DNA of 64,000 nucleotides from Bryobacteraceae bacterium (GTDB taxonomy: Bacteria; Acidobacteriota; Terriglobia; Bryobacterales; Bryobacteraceae). Position numbers and translations under genes: made by a program. Below are positions 47,483 to 57,936 of the stretch, in pieces. How positions within the stretch are numbered: the stretch's first letter is position 1; every line of letters starts with the position of its first letter. The notes beneath the pieces are model-generated. The model was not told the origin of the DNA, ran no database searches, and saw only the letters and a list, made by a program, of their open reading frames with translations. The stretch covers positions 9,860 to 73,859 of the forward strand of contig DASVGP010000206.1 of assembly GCA_036379475.1 (NCBI GenBank), written 5' to 3'.

Positions 47483-47511
47483 TCCTTTCGTGTCCAGCAG
47501 GACAGAAAGGA
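47483..47511 (+). promoter_or_regulatory. Stem-loop occluding the Shine-Dalgarno of the methyltransferase-helicase gene
   Basis: TCCTTTCGTGTCC / loop AGCA / GGACAGAAAGGA: 12 bp with one bulge. The 3' arm contains GAAAGGA 17 nt before the ATG at 47528. Confidence 0.4.
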
Positions 47512-47527
47512 TTTTCCCAAACATCTT

Positions 47528-50500
47528 ATGCCGCTTCGCGCAAAACATATAAATGATTCGAACGATCAGTTGCACTTATTCGACGTGCTGGAGGAGAGCA
47601 TCGCTGCTATCGTAATAGCAGCCGAATCCGTCCATGCAGCCTGCACCGCCACTCGCCAGCCGATTCATTCTGGGCCGCTGGAAGAAGGAAGCTCCCGAAA
47701 CGGTAGCGGAACTGGAAGCCTCGGGCCAATTGCTACCGGCCTTGAACCAGGCCAGCGAGCAAGTGACGGAGCTGCTGTATCAACTCACGGTGGTACAGAA
47801 GATGGATTACCAAGCAGCGCTCGAAATCGCGATGAACGAGCGGGGTTCGTTGCCGAGCTATCCAGCCAGGTAATCTCCCGGCTCGAACGCGATTTCCGCA
47901 TCTGCGCCCAATGCGCCGTGGGCGCCGGCAGCCTGCTGCAGAAAGCGGTGACCAATCTCGAAGCCATCCGGCTGCTCAAGCTAATCGAACAAGAGAGCAG
48001 AGATGCCAGCGAAGACGAGAAAGCCGCCCTGGTTCGCTACACCGGCTGGGGTGCGCTTCCGCAGGTATTTCATCCTCGCGTGCCGGGAGAATGGCGCGAC
48101 ACAGGCGGCGAGCTCGAAACGTTGCTCACCGATGCGGAATATCAATCCGCCCGAGCATCTACGCCGAATGCACACTACACCTCCGCCATGGTAATCGAGG
48201 CGATCTGGAATGCCCTGCTGCACTTTGGCTTAGCCGCTCCGGTAAAAATCCTCGAACCCGCACTCGGCATTGGTCACTTCTTCGGCCTCATGCCCGCCGC
48301 TCTGGAAGAGAATGCGGTCCGGGCCGGGATTGAACTCGATTCCGTTTCCGCGCGCATTGCAAAACTTCTCTATCCGGATTCCACCATCCGCGAAGCAGCG
48401 TTTGAATCCGTATCGTTTCCGAACGCCTTCTTCGATGTCGTCGTCGGCAATGTGCCCTTCGGAAATTATCCGGTCTACGATCCCCGGTATGCCCGGCAAG
48501 CTTCACTCACCCGCTCGATTCACGATTATTTCGTCGCCCGGTCGGTCGATCTGGTACGGCCCGGCGGTCTGGTGGCGCTGATTACCAGCCGCTACACGCT
48601 CGATAAGCAGAACAGCGCCGTACGGCAGTATCTGGCTTCCAAAGCCAATCTAATCGCCGCGATCCGGCTCCCCAATACCGTGTTCCAAGCAAACGCCGGC
48701 ACCGAGGTCACAACCGACGTGCTCTTTCTGCAGCGCCGCACTTCTTCGCTATCCGCCTCATCCGACGATTGGCTCGCTCTGAAAACCATCGAAACTCAAG
48801 ATGGCCCGGCTGCGATCAACGAGTACTTCGTGAACCACCCGGACCGGATGCTGGGCACGCCCACGCTTCAAGGCACGCAATACCAGGCGAACGAGTTCTC
48901 GCTTGCCGGCACATTCTGCCCCCAGCGGTTCGCGGAGCTAATCACGGAATTGCCCGCCAATATCTATGTTCCGGCAGCGCAGCACACCGGAACCGGAGTG
49001 GCACTTGCGTTGCCGCCCTGCGATCTCGAATCCATCAAAGACGGCGCCTACGGCTTGGCGAACAACCGATTGGTGATTCGCAACGGCCAGACTCTCGAAC
49101 CGGTCTCGCTGGGCAAAAGCGTCGAAATCCGGATTCGCGCCCTGATGGGAGTGCGCGACCGGCTCCGGGATGTGCTACGCACGCAGCTCGCCAATGCCTC
49201 GGAAGACGAAATCGTCCGCGCCCGCCGCCAGCTCAATGCCGAATACGACCGCTTTGTTCTTCGTTTTGGCCCCATCTCGTCCAAAGAAAATTTTCGCGCC
49301 TATGCGTGCGATCCGGACCATCCGCTCCTGCTTTCGCTCGAAGATTACGATCCGGAGGTCAAGCGTGCGGCCAAGACCAAGATCTTTCACGAGCGCACGA
49401 TCGAGGGCTACAAGCCCGTCGAGCGCGTGGATACCGCGGCGGAAGCGTTGGTGGTCAGCCTGAATGAAACCGGTCAAATCGATTGGCCGCGTATGGCCGT
49501 GCTTACCGGCAAGAGTATTCCTGCTCTCGAAACCGAGCTGACCGGACTCGTGTTCCGCAATCCCGAAGGCAATCGTTGGGAAACGGCCGATGCCTATCTT
49601 TCCGGCAATGTGCGCCAAAAGCTTCGCGCAGCCGAAGCCGCCGCCGCGCTCTCGCCCGAATTCACGTCAAACGTCGAAGCCCTCCGTGCTGTGCAGCCAC
49701 AGGATCTTGAACCCGGCGATATCGATGCGCGGCTCGGATCGCCCTGGATTCCCGTCGCCGATATCCGCTCGTTCCTGTGCGAATTGCTGAGTGCCGAAGA
49801 AACGGAGGTCAGCGTTTCGCACGCCGAAAGCATCGCAAGCTGGGCGGTCGAGCTGGGCTACGGCGTGAAATACGCCGCGGCGAATACCACCACATACGGC
49901 ACGGCCCGGTTTGCTGCCGGCACCCTGATCGAGCAAGCCCTGAACAATCGCACGCCCACCGCTTATGACGAAGTAACCGGCCCCAACGGCGAAAAACGGC
50001 TGGTCGTGAATCAAAACGAAACGCTGGCCGGCCGCGAGCGCCAGCAAGAGCTGAAAGAGCATTTCCAAAAATGGATCTGGCAAGATCCGGCGCGCGCCGA
50101 AAGGCTGGCACGCGATTACAACGAGCGCTTCAACTGTCTGCGCCTGCGAACGTACAATGGCTCGCATCTGACCTTTCCCGGAATGTCTCGCGCTCCTCTG
50201 CGGGGCGGCGACATGGCGCCTCATCAGAAAAACGCCGCGTGGCGCATTCTGCAATCCGACAGCGCACTCGTCGGGCATGCCGTTGGTGCCGGAAAGACCT
50301 TTACTCTGGCCGCAGCGGCGATGGAGCTCAAACGCCTCGGCCTTGCGAGGAAGACCATGCTGGTGGTTCCGAATCACCTGGTCGAACAATGGTCAACGGA
50401 ATTCCTGAAGCTATACCCGCAAGCCAATCTCTTCGTTGCCGGCAAGGACCAGTTCGCGAATGGCAACCGCCAGCGCGCCATGGCACGCATTGCTACCGGC

Positions 50501-52684
50501 AACTACGATGCCGTGATCGTTTCCTTCCGCAGCTTCGAATTTCTGCCGCTCTCGGACGAACGGTTCCGGCGGTTTCTCGAGGACGAAATCCGCGTGATCG
50601 ACGAAGAGCTGCTGCGCGCCAAAGCGGAAGAGGGCGACAACCGCCGTATTGTCAAGCAACTCGAAGCGGCCAAGAAGCGGTTGAGAGTCCGTTTCGAGAA
50701 GTGCGCGAACCGGGAAAAGAAGGACAACACCGTCACGTTCGAGGACCTCGGTATCTCGCAGCTCATGGTGGACGAAGCCGACGCCTACAAGAACCTCGCT
50801 TACGTCTCCAAGATGCAGCGCATCGCAGGCCTGCCGAACTCCGATTCGTTCCGCGCCTTTGATATGTTCCTCAAAATCCGCTATCTTCAGCAGCATCCGC
50901 AGACGCGCGGCGTCGTGTTTGCCACCGGAACCCCGATCAGCAACACGCTTGCGGAAATGTACACCGTGCTGCGCTATCTCGCTCCATCGTTGCTCGAAAG
51001 CACGGGTACCAGCCATTTCGATGCCTGGGCCGCGAATTTCGCCGAAGCGGTCACGGCGCTCGAACTGGCTCCGGATGGCAGCGGTTACCGCATGAATACG
51101 CGCTTTGCCCGGTTCATCAATATGCCGGAATTGCTCTCCATGTTCCGCAGCGTGGCCGATATTCAAACCGCGGAGATGCTCCAACTGCCACGGCCCGAAC
51201 TCGAAACCGGCCGCCCGGCGATCGAAGCGGCACCTGCGAGCGAGGTATTGAAAAGCTATATCCAGACTCTCGTAAAAAGAGCGGAAAGCCTGAAGAAAGA
51301 GAGAATCGATCCGAGCGTCGATAACATGCTTAAGATCACGGGCGACGGCCGGAAAGCGGCTCTCGATCTCCGGCTGGTGGGATTGCCCGAGGAGCCCGAG
51401 CACCAGACCAAACTCAAGCGCGCCATCGAGCGCGTGTTCACGGTCTGGCAGGAAACAGCTACCGAGCGCGGTACGCAACTCGTGTTTTGCGATTTGTCCA
51501 CGCCCGATCGAACACGCTGGAACGTGTACGACGAAGTACGCGGCCAGCTCATTCGGCGCGGGATTCCCGAGCAAGAGATCGCGTTCATCCACGATGCCGA
51601 CAGCGATGCCAAGAAAAAAGTACTCTTCGATGCCGTGAATGCAGGCAGAATCCGCATTCTTCTGGGCAGCACGGAAAAGATGGGCGCCGGCACCAACGTG
51701 CAGCGCCGTCTCGCGGCGCTCACGCATCTCGATGCCCCCTGGAGGCCACGCGATATCGAACAACGCGAAGGCCGCATTTTGCGCCAGGGCAACCGTTATC
51801 AACGGGTCCGTATCTTCCGGTACGTCACGACCGGCTCCTTCGATGCGTATATGTGGCAATTGCTCGAAGTGAAAGCCCGGTTCATCGCCCAGATCATGTG
51901 CGGCCAGGTTTCCACGCGCCGGGTCGAAGATCTCGAAAACGCCGCCTTGACCTTCGCCGAAATCAAAGCGATCGCTTCCGGGAATCCGCTGGTGATGGAA
52001 AAAGTGCGCGTCGATACCGAAATTCGCAAACTCGATGCCCTGCGCGCCACGCACCGGAACCAGCTTTACCGAATCGGCCGCCAAATGACGGAACTGCCCT
52101 ACAGTATCGAGCGGTCGCGGGAGATGATTGCTCGGATCCATTCCGACATTGCGTTGCGCAACGCACAAGACACGGAGAATTTCTCGATGAGAATCGGCAA
52201 CCGGAAATATGGCGGAAAAGGTGCACGCGAGGAAGCGGCCAAGGCGCTTACCTATCTGGTGCTCACTTGGAAAGACGACGAGGCCCGCGAAGTGCGCGCG
52301 GAATTCCGCGGGTTTCAGATCCTCAGCCAGGGCAAGCGGCCGTCGTTTCTTGAACCGGCTCCGGTTCCCTCGCTTTTCCTTCGCGGCAGCGGCATCTACA
52401 CCGCGAGCCTGAATCCGACGAATCCGGTTGGCACGATGCAAAGCATCGAGCACGCTCTGCGCTCGCTCGAACGTTTGGCCGAGCGGGAAGCCGAGAAACT
52501 TCGGCAGATGGAAATGAATTTAGCCGCCTACCGGCGCGAACTGGCGAAACCGTTCGAGCACGAAGCGCGGCTGAGCGAACTGCTGCTCAAGCAGTCCGAG
52601 CTGAATGCCGCCCTCGATCTACACAAGAGCGATGCGCAGGCTGTCGCCAGCTCCGAAGAGTCCCAGGTGGAACCAGCCGGGTAA
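47528..52684 (+). CDS. Giant fusion protein: N6-adenine DNA methyltransferase plus SNF2/DEAD-like helicase (start uncertain)
   Basis: MTase motif I LEPALGIGHFFG and motif IV VVGNVPFG. Helicase motifs LVGHAVGAGKTF, MVDEADAYKN, FATGTPISN, LLGSTEKMGAGTNVQ and QREGRILRQGN. The first ~110 codons look non-coding. Confidence 0.85.
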   Translation: MPLRAKHINDSNDQLHLFDVLEESIAAIVIAAESVHAACTATRQPIHSGPLEEGSSRNGSGTGSLGPIATGLEPGQRASDGAAVSTHGGTEDGLPSSARNRDERAGFVAELSSQVISRLERDFRICAQCAVGAGSLLQKAVTNLEAIRLLKLIEQESRDASEDEKAALVRYTGWGALPQVFHPRVPGEWRDTGGELETLLTDAEYQSARASTPNAHYTSAMVIEAIWNALLHFGLAAPVKILEPALGIGHFFGLMPAALEENAVRAGIELDSVSARIAKLLYPDSTIREAAFESVSFPNAFFDVVVGNVPFGNYPVYDPRYARQASLTRSIHDYFVARSVDLVRPGGLVALITSRYTLDKQNSAVRQYLASKANLIAAIRLPNTVFQANAGTEVTTDVLFLQRRTSSLSASSDDWLALKTIETQDGPAAINEYFVNHPDRMLGTPTLQGTQYQANEFSLAGTFCPQRFAELITELPANIYVPAAQHTGTGVALALPPCDLESIKDGAYGLANNRLVIRNGQTLEPVSLGKSVEIRIRALMGVRDRLRDVLRTQLANASEDEIVRARRQLNAEYDRFVLRFGPISSKENFRAYACDPDHPLLLSLEDYDPEVKRAAKTKIFHERTIEGYKPVERVDTAAEALVVSLNETGQIDWPRMAVLTGKSIPALETELTGLVFRNPEGNRWETADAYLSGNVRQKLRAAEAAAALSPEFTSNVEALRAVQPQDLEPGDIDARLGSPWIPVADIRSFLCELLSAEETEVSVSHAESIASWAVELGYGVKYAAANTTTYGTARFAAGTLIEQALNNRTPTAYDEVTGPNGEKRLVVNQNETLAGRERQQELKEHFQKWIWQDPARAERLARDYNERFNCLRLRTYNGSHLTFPGMSRAPLRGGDMAPHQKNAAWRILQSDSALVGHAVGAGKTFTLAAAAMELKRLGLARKTMLVVPNHLVEQWSTEFLKLYPQANLFVAGKDQFANGNRQRAMARIATGNYDAVIVSFRSFEFLPLSDERFRRFLEDEIRVIDEELLRAKAEEGDNRRIVKQLEAAKKRLRVRFEKCANREKKDNTVTFEDLGISQLMVDEADAYKNLAYVSKMQRIAGLPNSDSFRAFDMFLKIRYLQQHPQTRGVVFATGTPISNTLAEMYTVLRYLAPSLLESTGTSHFDAWAANFAEAVTALELAPDGSGYRMNTRFARFINMPELLSMFRSVADIQTAEMLQLPRPELETGRPAIEAAPASEVLKSYIQTLVKRAESLKKERIDPSVDNMLKITGDGRKAALDLRLVGLPEEPEHQTKLKRAIERVFTVWQETATERGTQLVFCDLSTPDRTRWNVYDEVRGQLIRRGIPEQEIAFIHDADSDAKKKVLFDAVNAGRIRILLGSTEKMGAGTNVQRRLAALTHLDAPWRPRDIEQREGRILRQGNRYQRVRIFRYVTTGSFDAYMWQLLEVKARFIAQIMCGQVSTRRVEDLENAALTFAEIKAIASGNPLVMEKVRVDTEIRKLDALRATHRNQLYRIGRQMTELPYSIERSREMIARIHSDIALRNAQDTENFSMRIGNRKYGGKGAREEAAKALTYLVLTWKDDEAREVRAEFRGFQILSQGKRPSFLEPAPVPSLFLRGSGIYTASLNPTNPVGTMQSIEHALRSLERLAEREAEKLRQMEMNLAAYRRELAKPFEHEARLSELLLKQSELNAALDLHKSDAQAVASSEESQVEPAG

Positions 52685-53200
52685 ACCGGCCTAAGCTACG
52701 GGCCGCTCAAAGGCTTCCCGAGCTCGCCCAGAAAGCGCGCACACTGGCGCACGGAGATCGCGTTTACGAGACATTCGTCGATTCGCGGCATTTAAGCGTG
52801 GGCTTGAAGGGAAGCCTCTTCTTCGCGACCAAGCTCTCTGCACGCGCAAAATGACGCGAATCGTTGTCTCTCAAATTGTGGAGAAGTCTACTTATGTACT
52901 TGTATACAAGCGCCATCGGAAGGGGTGAAAAACACCATAAGCGTTTACTTATAAGCTAAAGCTAAGAAAACCTTGTTTCCGGATTGCCGTACCATGCGGA
53001 CGCTGCGCCGTTGCCGGCGATATATTCCGGACCGAGCCCTACATCTACGATTTGCGCGTTACACGTCAGAATGCACGCTTCGTTGAAGTCGCAGATCCCG
53101 TATTGGACGGCATCACGCCCTTTTCCCTTTTTCGAGCGTCACTTCAATGAACCGCCGCCCCCGCAAAGGGTGTATCCGATCCGCTATCGCCGACTATGCG

Positions 53201-54049
53201 CTATAATCGCCTCACTTTATCGGCAAGGCCCGTGCCGTGCAAAAGGCTGTTGAGATCCTGGAGTTCTGGATCACGAACGTTAGGACCGACCAAAACCTCG
53301 TCGATATATGTCCCTGCGGATATCGGCAGAATGAGGGCCTTGCCATCATGATCGGCATGCAGCTTCGCGCCTAGCTCCCGCGGGATATTGCCTATGATCT
53401 CATTGCTGTACTCCAGGACTTCCTCGGGCTTGGCTTGCCTCACAATCGCTTGGCCCGGCGTCAGAAGCGTGTCCGTGAGCACCCGGTAGGCTGAACCTGA
53501 CAGCGTATGCACATAGAGCCTCACCTCCTGTTGGTAGGCAAACCGGTTTTGAACAACGAAGGCGACCTCGATCGTGTTTGCTTCGGGTACTTCGTCCTTG
53601 TCGTGGTCAATGTACCGGATCTGCCCGAGGTAACAAGGCCCACCAGCCCCAAGGAAGCGGGCAGCAGCAGAGGCAAGAAGGTTCGGCGACGTTCTCAACG
53701 CCATCGCTCGGCCCCGATTGCCAAACTTTTCCTTCCACATTTTGGCGGAAGGGTTACCCTCGCTCGCGTGCCAACAGCTTGCGTAACCACGTAGGGCGTC
53801 CTTCTTGTACAAATCCGCCGTATATTCTGCCATTGCGGTTGGCAGTAACTTCTCTAACAGACCAAGGTTCGGCCGAGGAAGCGTGCCTTCAAGCTCATCG
53901 TGAAACTGGTCAAGTCGCGCCAGCCAGATCCCGTGCTCCAGAAAAGTCTGCAGCTTGAACATCTGGCTGACGCGAATAAAATGCCAAAGATGACTGGCTT
54001 GCGGTTGCTGGGGAATAAAGGGTTTCGGCGCCAACTGGATCACAGTCAT
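53201..54049 (-). CDS. DUF2971-like protein
   Basis: LWHFIRVSQMFKLQTFLEHGIWLARLDQFHDELEG resembles the DUF2971 N-terminal signature. An isolated minus-strand gene between long gaps. Confidence 0.4.
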   Translation of the reverse strand: MTVIQLAPKPFIPQQPQASHLWHFIRVSQMFKLQTFLEHGIWLARLDQFHDELEGTLPRPNLGLLEKLLPTAMAEYTADLYKKDALRGYASCWHASEGNPSAKMWKEKFGNRGRAMALRTSPNLLASAAARFLGAGGPCYLGQIRYIDHDKDEVPEANTIEVAFVVQNRFAYQQEVRLYVHTLSGSAYRVLTDTLLTPGQAIVRQAKPEEVLEYSNEIIGNIPRELGAKLHADHDGKALILPISAGTYIDEVLVGPNVRDPELQDLNSLLHGTGLADKVRRL

Positions 54050-54332
54050 TTAAGATTAGGACGCTCGATCATCGGAACCGCTGCCGCCGCTCGGCGCGCA
54101 TCGGTGACTCACCCGCGTAAACACCGACTACGCGGTGGTTAACGACGGCGGTGGCGTGTACGGCTGAGGCATGAGGAGACTTTAGCATCGGATTTTTGGG
54201 CTGAGGAAATGCGCATTGTGAGGAGATTGTGGCCCAAACGGTTGTAATCCAACTTGACATATAGTCGCCATGCCGGAGAACTGGACCGTGGTGATAAAAC
54301 GCGGATAGTCGATGGGCGTTAGCACCCACCGG

Positions 54333-54389
54333 TTTTCCGATCGCGTCTTCCGCTCCCATCCCCAGCGGAGCCGTTCCCTCTCCGCAACG
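54333..54389. repeat. 57-bp direct repeat, copy 2
   Basis: See 47158-47214. Confidence 0.8.
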
Positions 54390-55083
54390 CTTCTCCCTGT
54401 TTGTTGTTGTCTTCCGGCGCGCGGGTCCCTATGTGTAACTCGTCAAGCCCGTTCGGCGGAGTGCCCGCTCAAAATCGAATGATCGATCATGGGCCGGATT
54501 CGTGCCGTGGTTCGAAATCGTCGAGCTATATTGCTTCGATCTTTTCCTTGGCCGGCGAAACGGTTACAAAGGCACGCACATTCGCGCGGGCTCCTGCCCG
54601 AAACTGTGGAGCTTCCACCCGCCGGGTGCCTTGAATGGAAACCTTACCGGGTTGTGACGAATGCCACTGCGTTGTTTCCACTGTGGGCTCGTTCTCTCCT
54701 CAATGGATCGCAACCAATGCACGTGACCTGTCATTCGCTTCCTGGTTTGAGAGGCGTTCCGGCATCCCCCGCTTCGATCAAGCTGTCCGGTTCGTCCCCC
54801 GTATTCCTCTTTCCTTCCTGATGTGCTTGGCACCGCTTCAGCCGACACCCGTTGCGCCCGGCACTGGCGTCCGTTCTGCTTTGCGCTTCTTTTTCCTACT
54901 GAATTGAGGAAGCGCACCGCCGAGCGGTTCCGGTCCCACCACAAAGTTCCAGGGCCCTCGGCTTTCGCAAAACCGGCGAAAAACTTTGCGGTCCCCCGAA
55001 AAAGCACGGTCACCAGTTTGGGAGCAACCAGCTTCGCGTTTTAGTGCCCAAGCACAGCAGGGCAGAAAGAAGGAAATAACTCA

Positions 55084-55503
55084 ATGAACCTCAATCAGCT
55101 TTCGATCATTGGATTCATCGGCAAGAACGCCGAAACCAAGTATCTGCCGAACGGCACCCCGGTCACGAAATTCTCCGTCGCGACCAAAAAGTCCTGGAAG
55201 GACGAGAACGGCGACTGGAAAGAAAAGACGCAGTGGCATAACGTTGTCGCCTTCGGCAAAGGCTTCGAGCAACTGGCGGACCGGCTGGTAAAAAGCGCTC
55301 ACGTTTTCGTGCAGGGCGAGCTGGCCACGCGCGAGTACGACCGCACCATCAAGGTTTCCACCGGCAAGGGCAAGAGCGTCGAGCACATCGTCAAGCAGCT
55401 CGTCGTCGAACTCAAAGCCGATACCATCCGGACACTCGATCGCTCCAACTCGAACGGCGAGCAAAGCGCTGCCGCCGAACTATCGGAGGAGGGTTACGCA
55501 TAG
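55084..55503 (+). CDS. ssb: Single-stranded DNA-binding protein
   Basis: OB-fold signature NLNQLSIIGFIGKNAETKYLPNGTPVTKFSVAT...TQWHNVVAFGK...VFVQGEL. Confidence 0.9.
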   Translation: MNLNQLSIIGFIGKNAETKYLPNGTPVTKFSVATKKSWKDENGDWKEKTQWHNVVAFGKGFEQLADRLVKSAHVFVQGELATREYDRTIKVSTGKGKSVEHIVKQLVVELKADTIRTLDRSNSNGEQSAAAELSEEGYA

Positions 55504-55520
55504 GGGCACGCGCCCCTTTT
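55503..55520 (+). terminator. Short hairpin plus T4 after ssb
   Basis: GGGGC / loop ACGC / GCCCC followed by TTTT, starting at the ssb stop codon. Confidence 0.35.
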
Positions 55521-55976
55521 CCATAAGGTGTCGCTCCGCTTGATCTCCGCGAGATTGCCTGCGGCAGCGACGTCCAAATACCTGTTTTCTTGAATCCCCC
55601 GGACGCGGCGGTATCGTATGCGTCCAGTCCCGGCGACTGCCTTTTCCTTTCGCGCATCGCGCACGCGGCCCCGGCGTCCAGGGCATCGCCCCACGGGTTT
55701 CCGGTGCCCCCAATTTTCCCAAGGCTGTCGGAAAGACATCTTTCCGAAAATCGGCTCCCCCGGAAAGATCGGTCGCGATCCGATCCCTGGACCCGCATGG
55801 CGCCCCGCTGTGCGCAACACCTATGCGCGAAAGGCAGTCGCCGCGCCTTCCCGCACCGCCGCTTCCGGGGGGGTGTTAGAAGGCCGAGCCGCGCAAAACG
55901 CGGTGCTGGATGCGGCTGCTGGCTTACGCGCGCAGCCGCAAGGAAGTAACCCAATACCGAAAGGAAATTCTTCATT

Positions 55977-57936
55977 ATGAGTACGAACACACATGGATTC
56001 GAGACCACAGAGATTCCTCTGAAAAAGTTGCTGGCCTGGAACGAGAATGTACGGACCACTTCCGCCGAGCGGGGCATCGGCGAACTGGCCGCGTCCATCG
56101 CTTCGGTCGGATTGCTCCAATCGCTGGTTGTCAAGAAAGCGCCGCGCGGCAAATTTTCGGTGATCGCCGGCAAACGCCGCTTGCAAGCCTTATCCCAGCT
56201 TGCCGAGACCGGCGCCGTGGAACCGAACTTTGCCGTGCCTTGCCGCGTCGTAGTTCACGATGCCGATTTCACCGAAATCAGCCTGACCGAAAACGTCCAG
56301 CGGGAGCCATGCACCCCGCCGACGAATTCGAGGCCTTCCGGCAACTGATCGAGAGCGGGAAATGTGTGGCCGATGTGGCCGCGCGCTTCGGGGTCACGGA
56401 AGCCGTTGTCAACCGGCGGCTCGCGTTAGCGCGGGTGAGTCCCGCACTGCTTCGAAAGTATCGCGAGGGCGAGATCAACCTGGAGCTCTTGCAGGCCTTC
56501 ACGCTCACCGATAATTGGGAAGCCCAGGAGCAACTCTGGAACGAATTACAGCCTTGGGAGCGCAACGCGAACACCATCCGCCGCCTGCTGGCCGAAGGCG
56601 ATATTCCGGCCAGCGACAAACGGGTTCGCTTTGTGGGGCTGGCTCAGTACGAAGCCGAAGGCGGGCCTGTGAAACGCGATCTCTTTCACGACGGCGAGCA
56701 GGGTGTCTATATCCTTGACCAGGCGATACTCGCGCCTGGTCAATCGGAAGCTGGAAACTCTTGCGGAAGAGGCGAGGGCGGATGGCTGGAAGTGGGTAGA
56801 GGTCCAGCCTGAACTCGACCATCAAGGCCTCGCCAAGTGGAAACGCATTTACGCGGAGGAGCTTCCCTTATCTGCCGAGGCCGAAGCGGAACTTGCCCGG
56901 CTCCAGGAAGACCGGGAGGTCCTCGCTTCGCAACTGAATGAAGAAGACGACGGCGAGGAGAGCAACGGCGAACTTTACCACCGCATAGAGGCCATCGATA
57001 GCCGGATGCGTTCGCTCTATCGCAATCGCAAGCGGGCGTACACCGGCGAGATGAAGGCCGCCTGCGGTGTCGTAATTAGCATCGGATTTCAGGGGGAGCC
57101 GGAATTCCGCTATGGAGTGCTCCGCAAAGAAGACGAAGCGGTCTTCGCCGAATCCGATATCGGGGATGGCCCCGGATGGCGCGCCTTTACCGGCGCCGGT
57201 TTCCGGGAAGGGCAGGGAACCCGAGGCTTACTCGGCTCCTCTGATCGAAGCACTCACGATGCACAAGACAGCCGCCATCGCCGCCGAATTGACGCAGCAG
57301 CCGGAGATCGCTTTAGCCGCCGTGGTCCATGCCCTGCTGCTCGCCGAGTTCTGTTTGGATCTTCATCTGTACCGCTCGAAGAGTTGTCTGCAGATTGCAA
57401 CCAACCAGCCCGATCTCCGGGAAGCCGCGGAGTCTACTGCGTATCGGTCGCTCGAAGAGCAACGCCAAGGCTGGTTCGCGAAATTAACCAAGGCCGCAGG
57501 CGATCTTTGGAAGTGGTGTCTCGAACAGGACCAAGGAACGTTGCTGGAACTCCTGGCGTTTTGTGCAGGCAGAAGCTTCAACGCGGTGCAAACGAAGGCC
57601 GATGTCGCCGGACAGGATCGTTTGGCGCACGCAAACGCTCTGGCGCTCGCTCTGCATTTGGATATGGCGAAGTGGTTCGTGCCCACTGCCGGAAATTTCT
57701 TCTCCAAAGTCTCCAAGGCGCGGATCGCCGAAGCTTTAGCCGAAGCCGGGAAACCACCTTCCGCCCAGACAGTAAATCTCAAGAAGGCGGATATGGCCGC
57801 TTTTGCCGAGAAAGAAATCCGGGATACCGGATGGCTGCCGCAGCCGGTAAGGATTTCGATAGCCGGGGACCAAGAGGCCGAGTGTTCGCTCGATGGCGAA
57901 TCGGCTGACCGCATCGAGCAAGGGGGCGCGCGATGA
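55977..57936 (+). pseudogene. Large ParB-like nuclease-domain protein, split by three frameshifts
   Basis: ParB/Srx N-domain (LLQSLVVKK...VIAGKRRLQAL...ISLTENVQRE), then continuation in other frames: MHPADEFEAFRQL..., RLVNRKLETLAEEARADGWKWVEV..., APLIEALTMHKTAAIAAEL.... Shifts lie near 56300, 56725 and 57175. Confidence 0.75.

Noticed and set aside
52890-52960. 12-bp perfect palindrome CTTGTATACAAG and nearby CTTATAAG in the AT-rich gap after the giant gene
   Set aside because: These are single occurrences with no repeated partner or adjacent gene to regulate. Chance in AT-rich spacer cannot be excluded.
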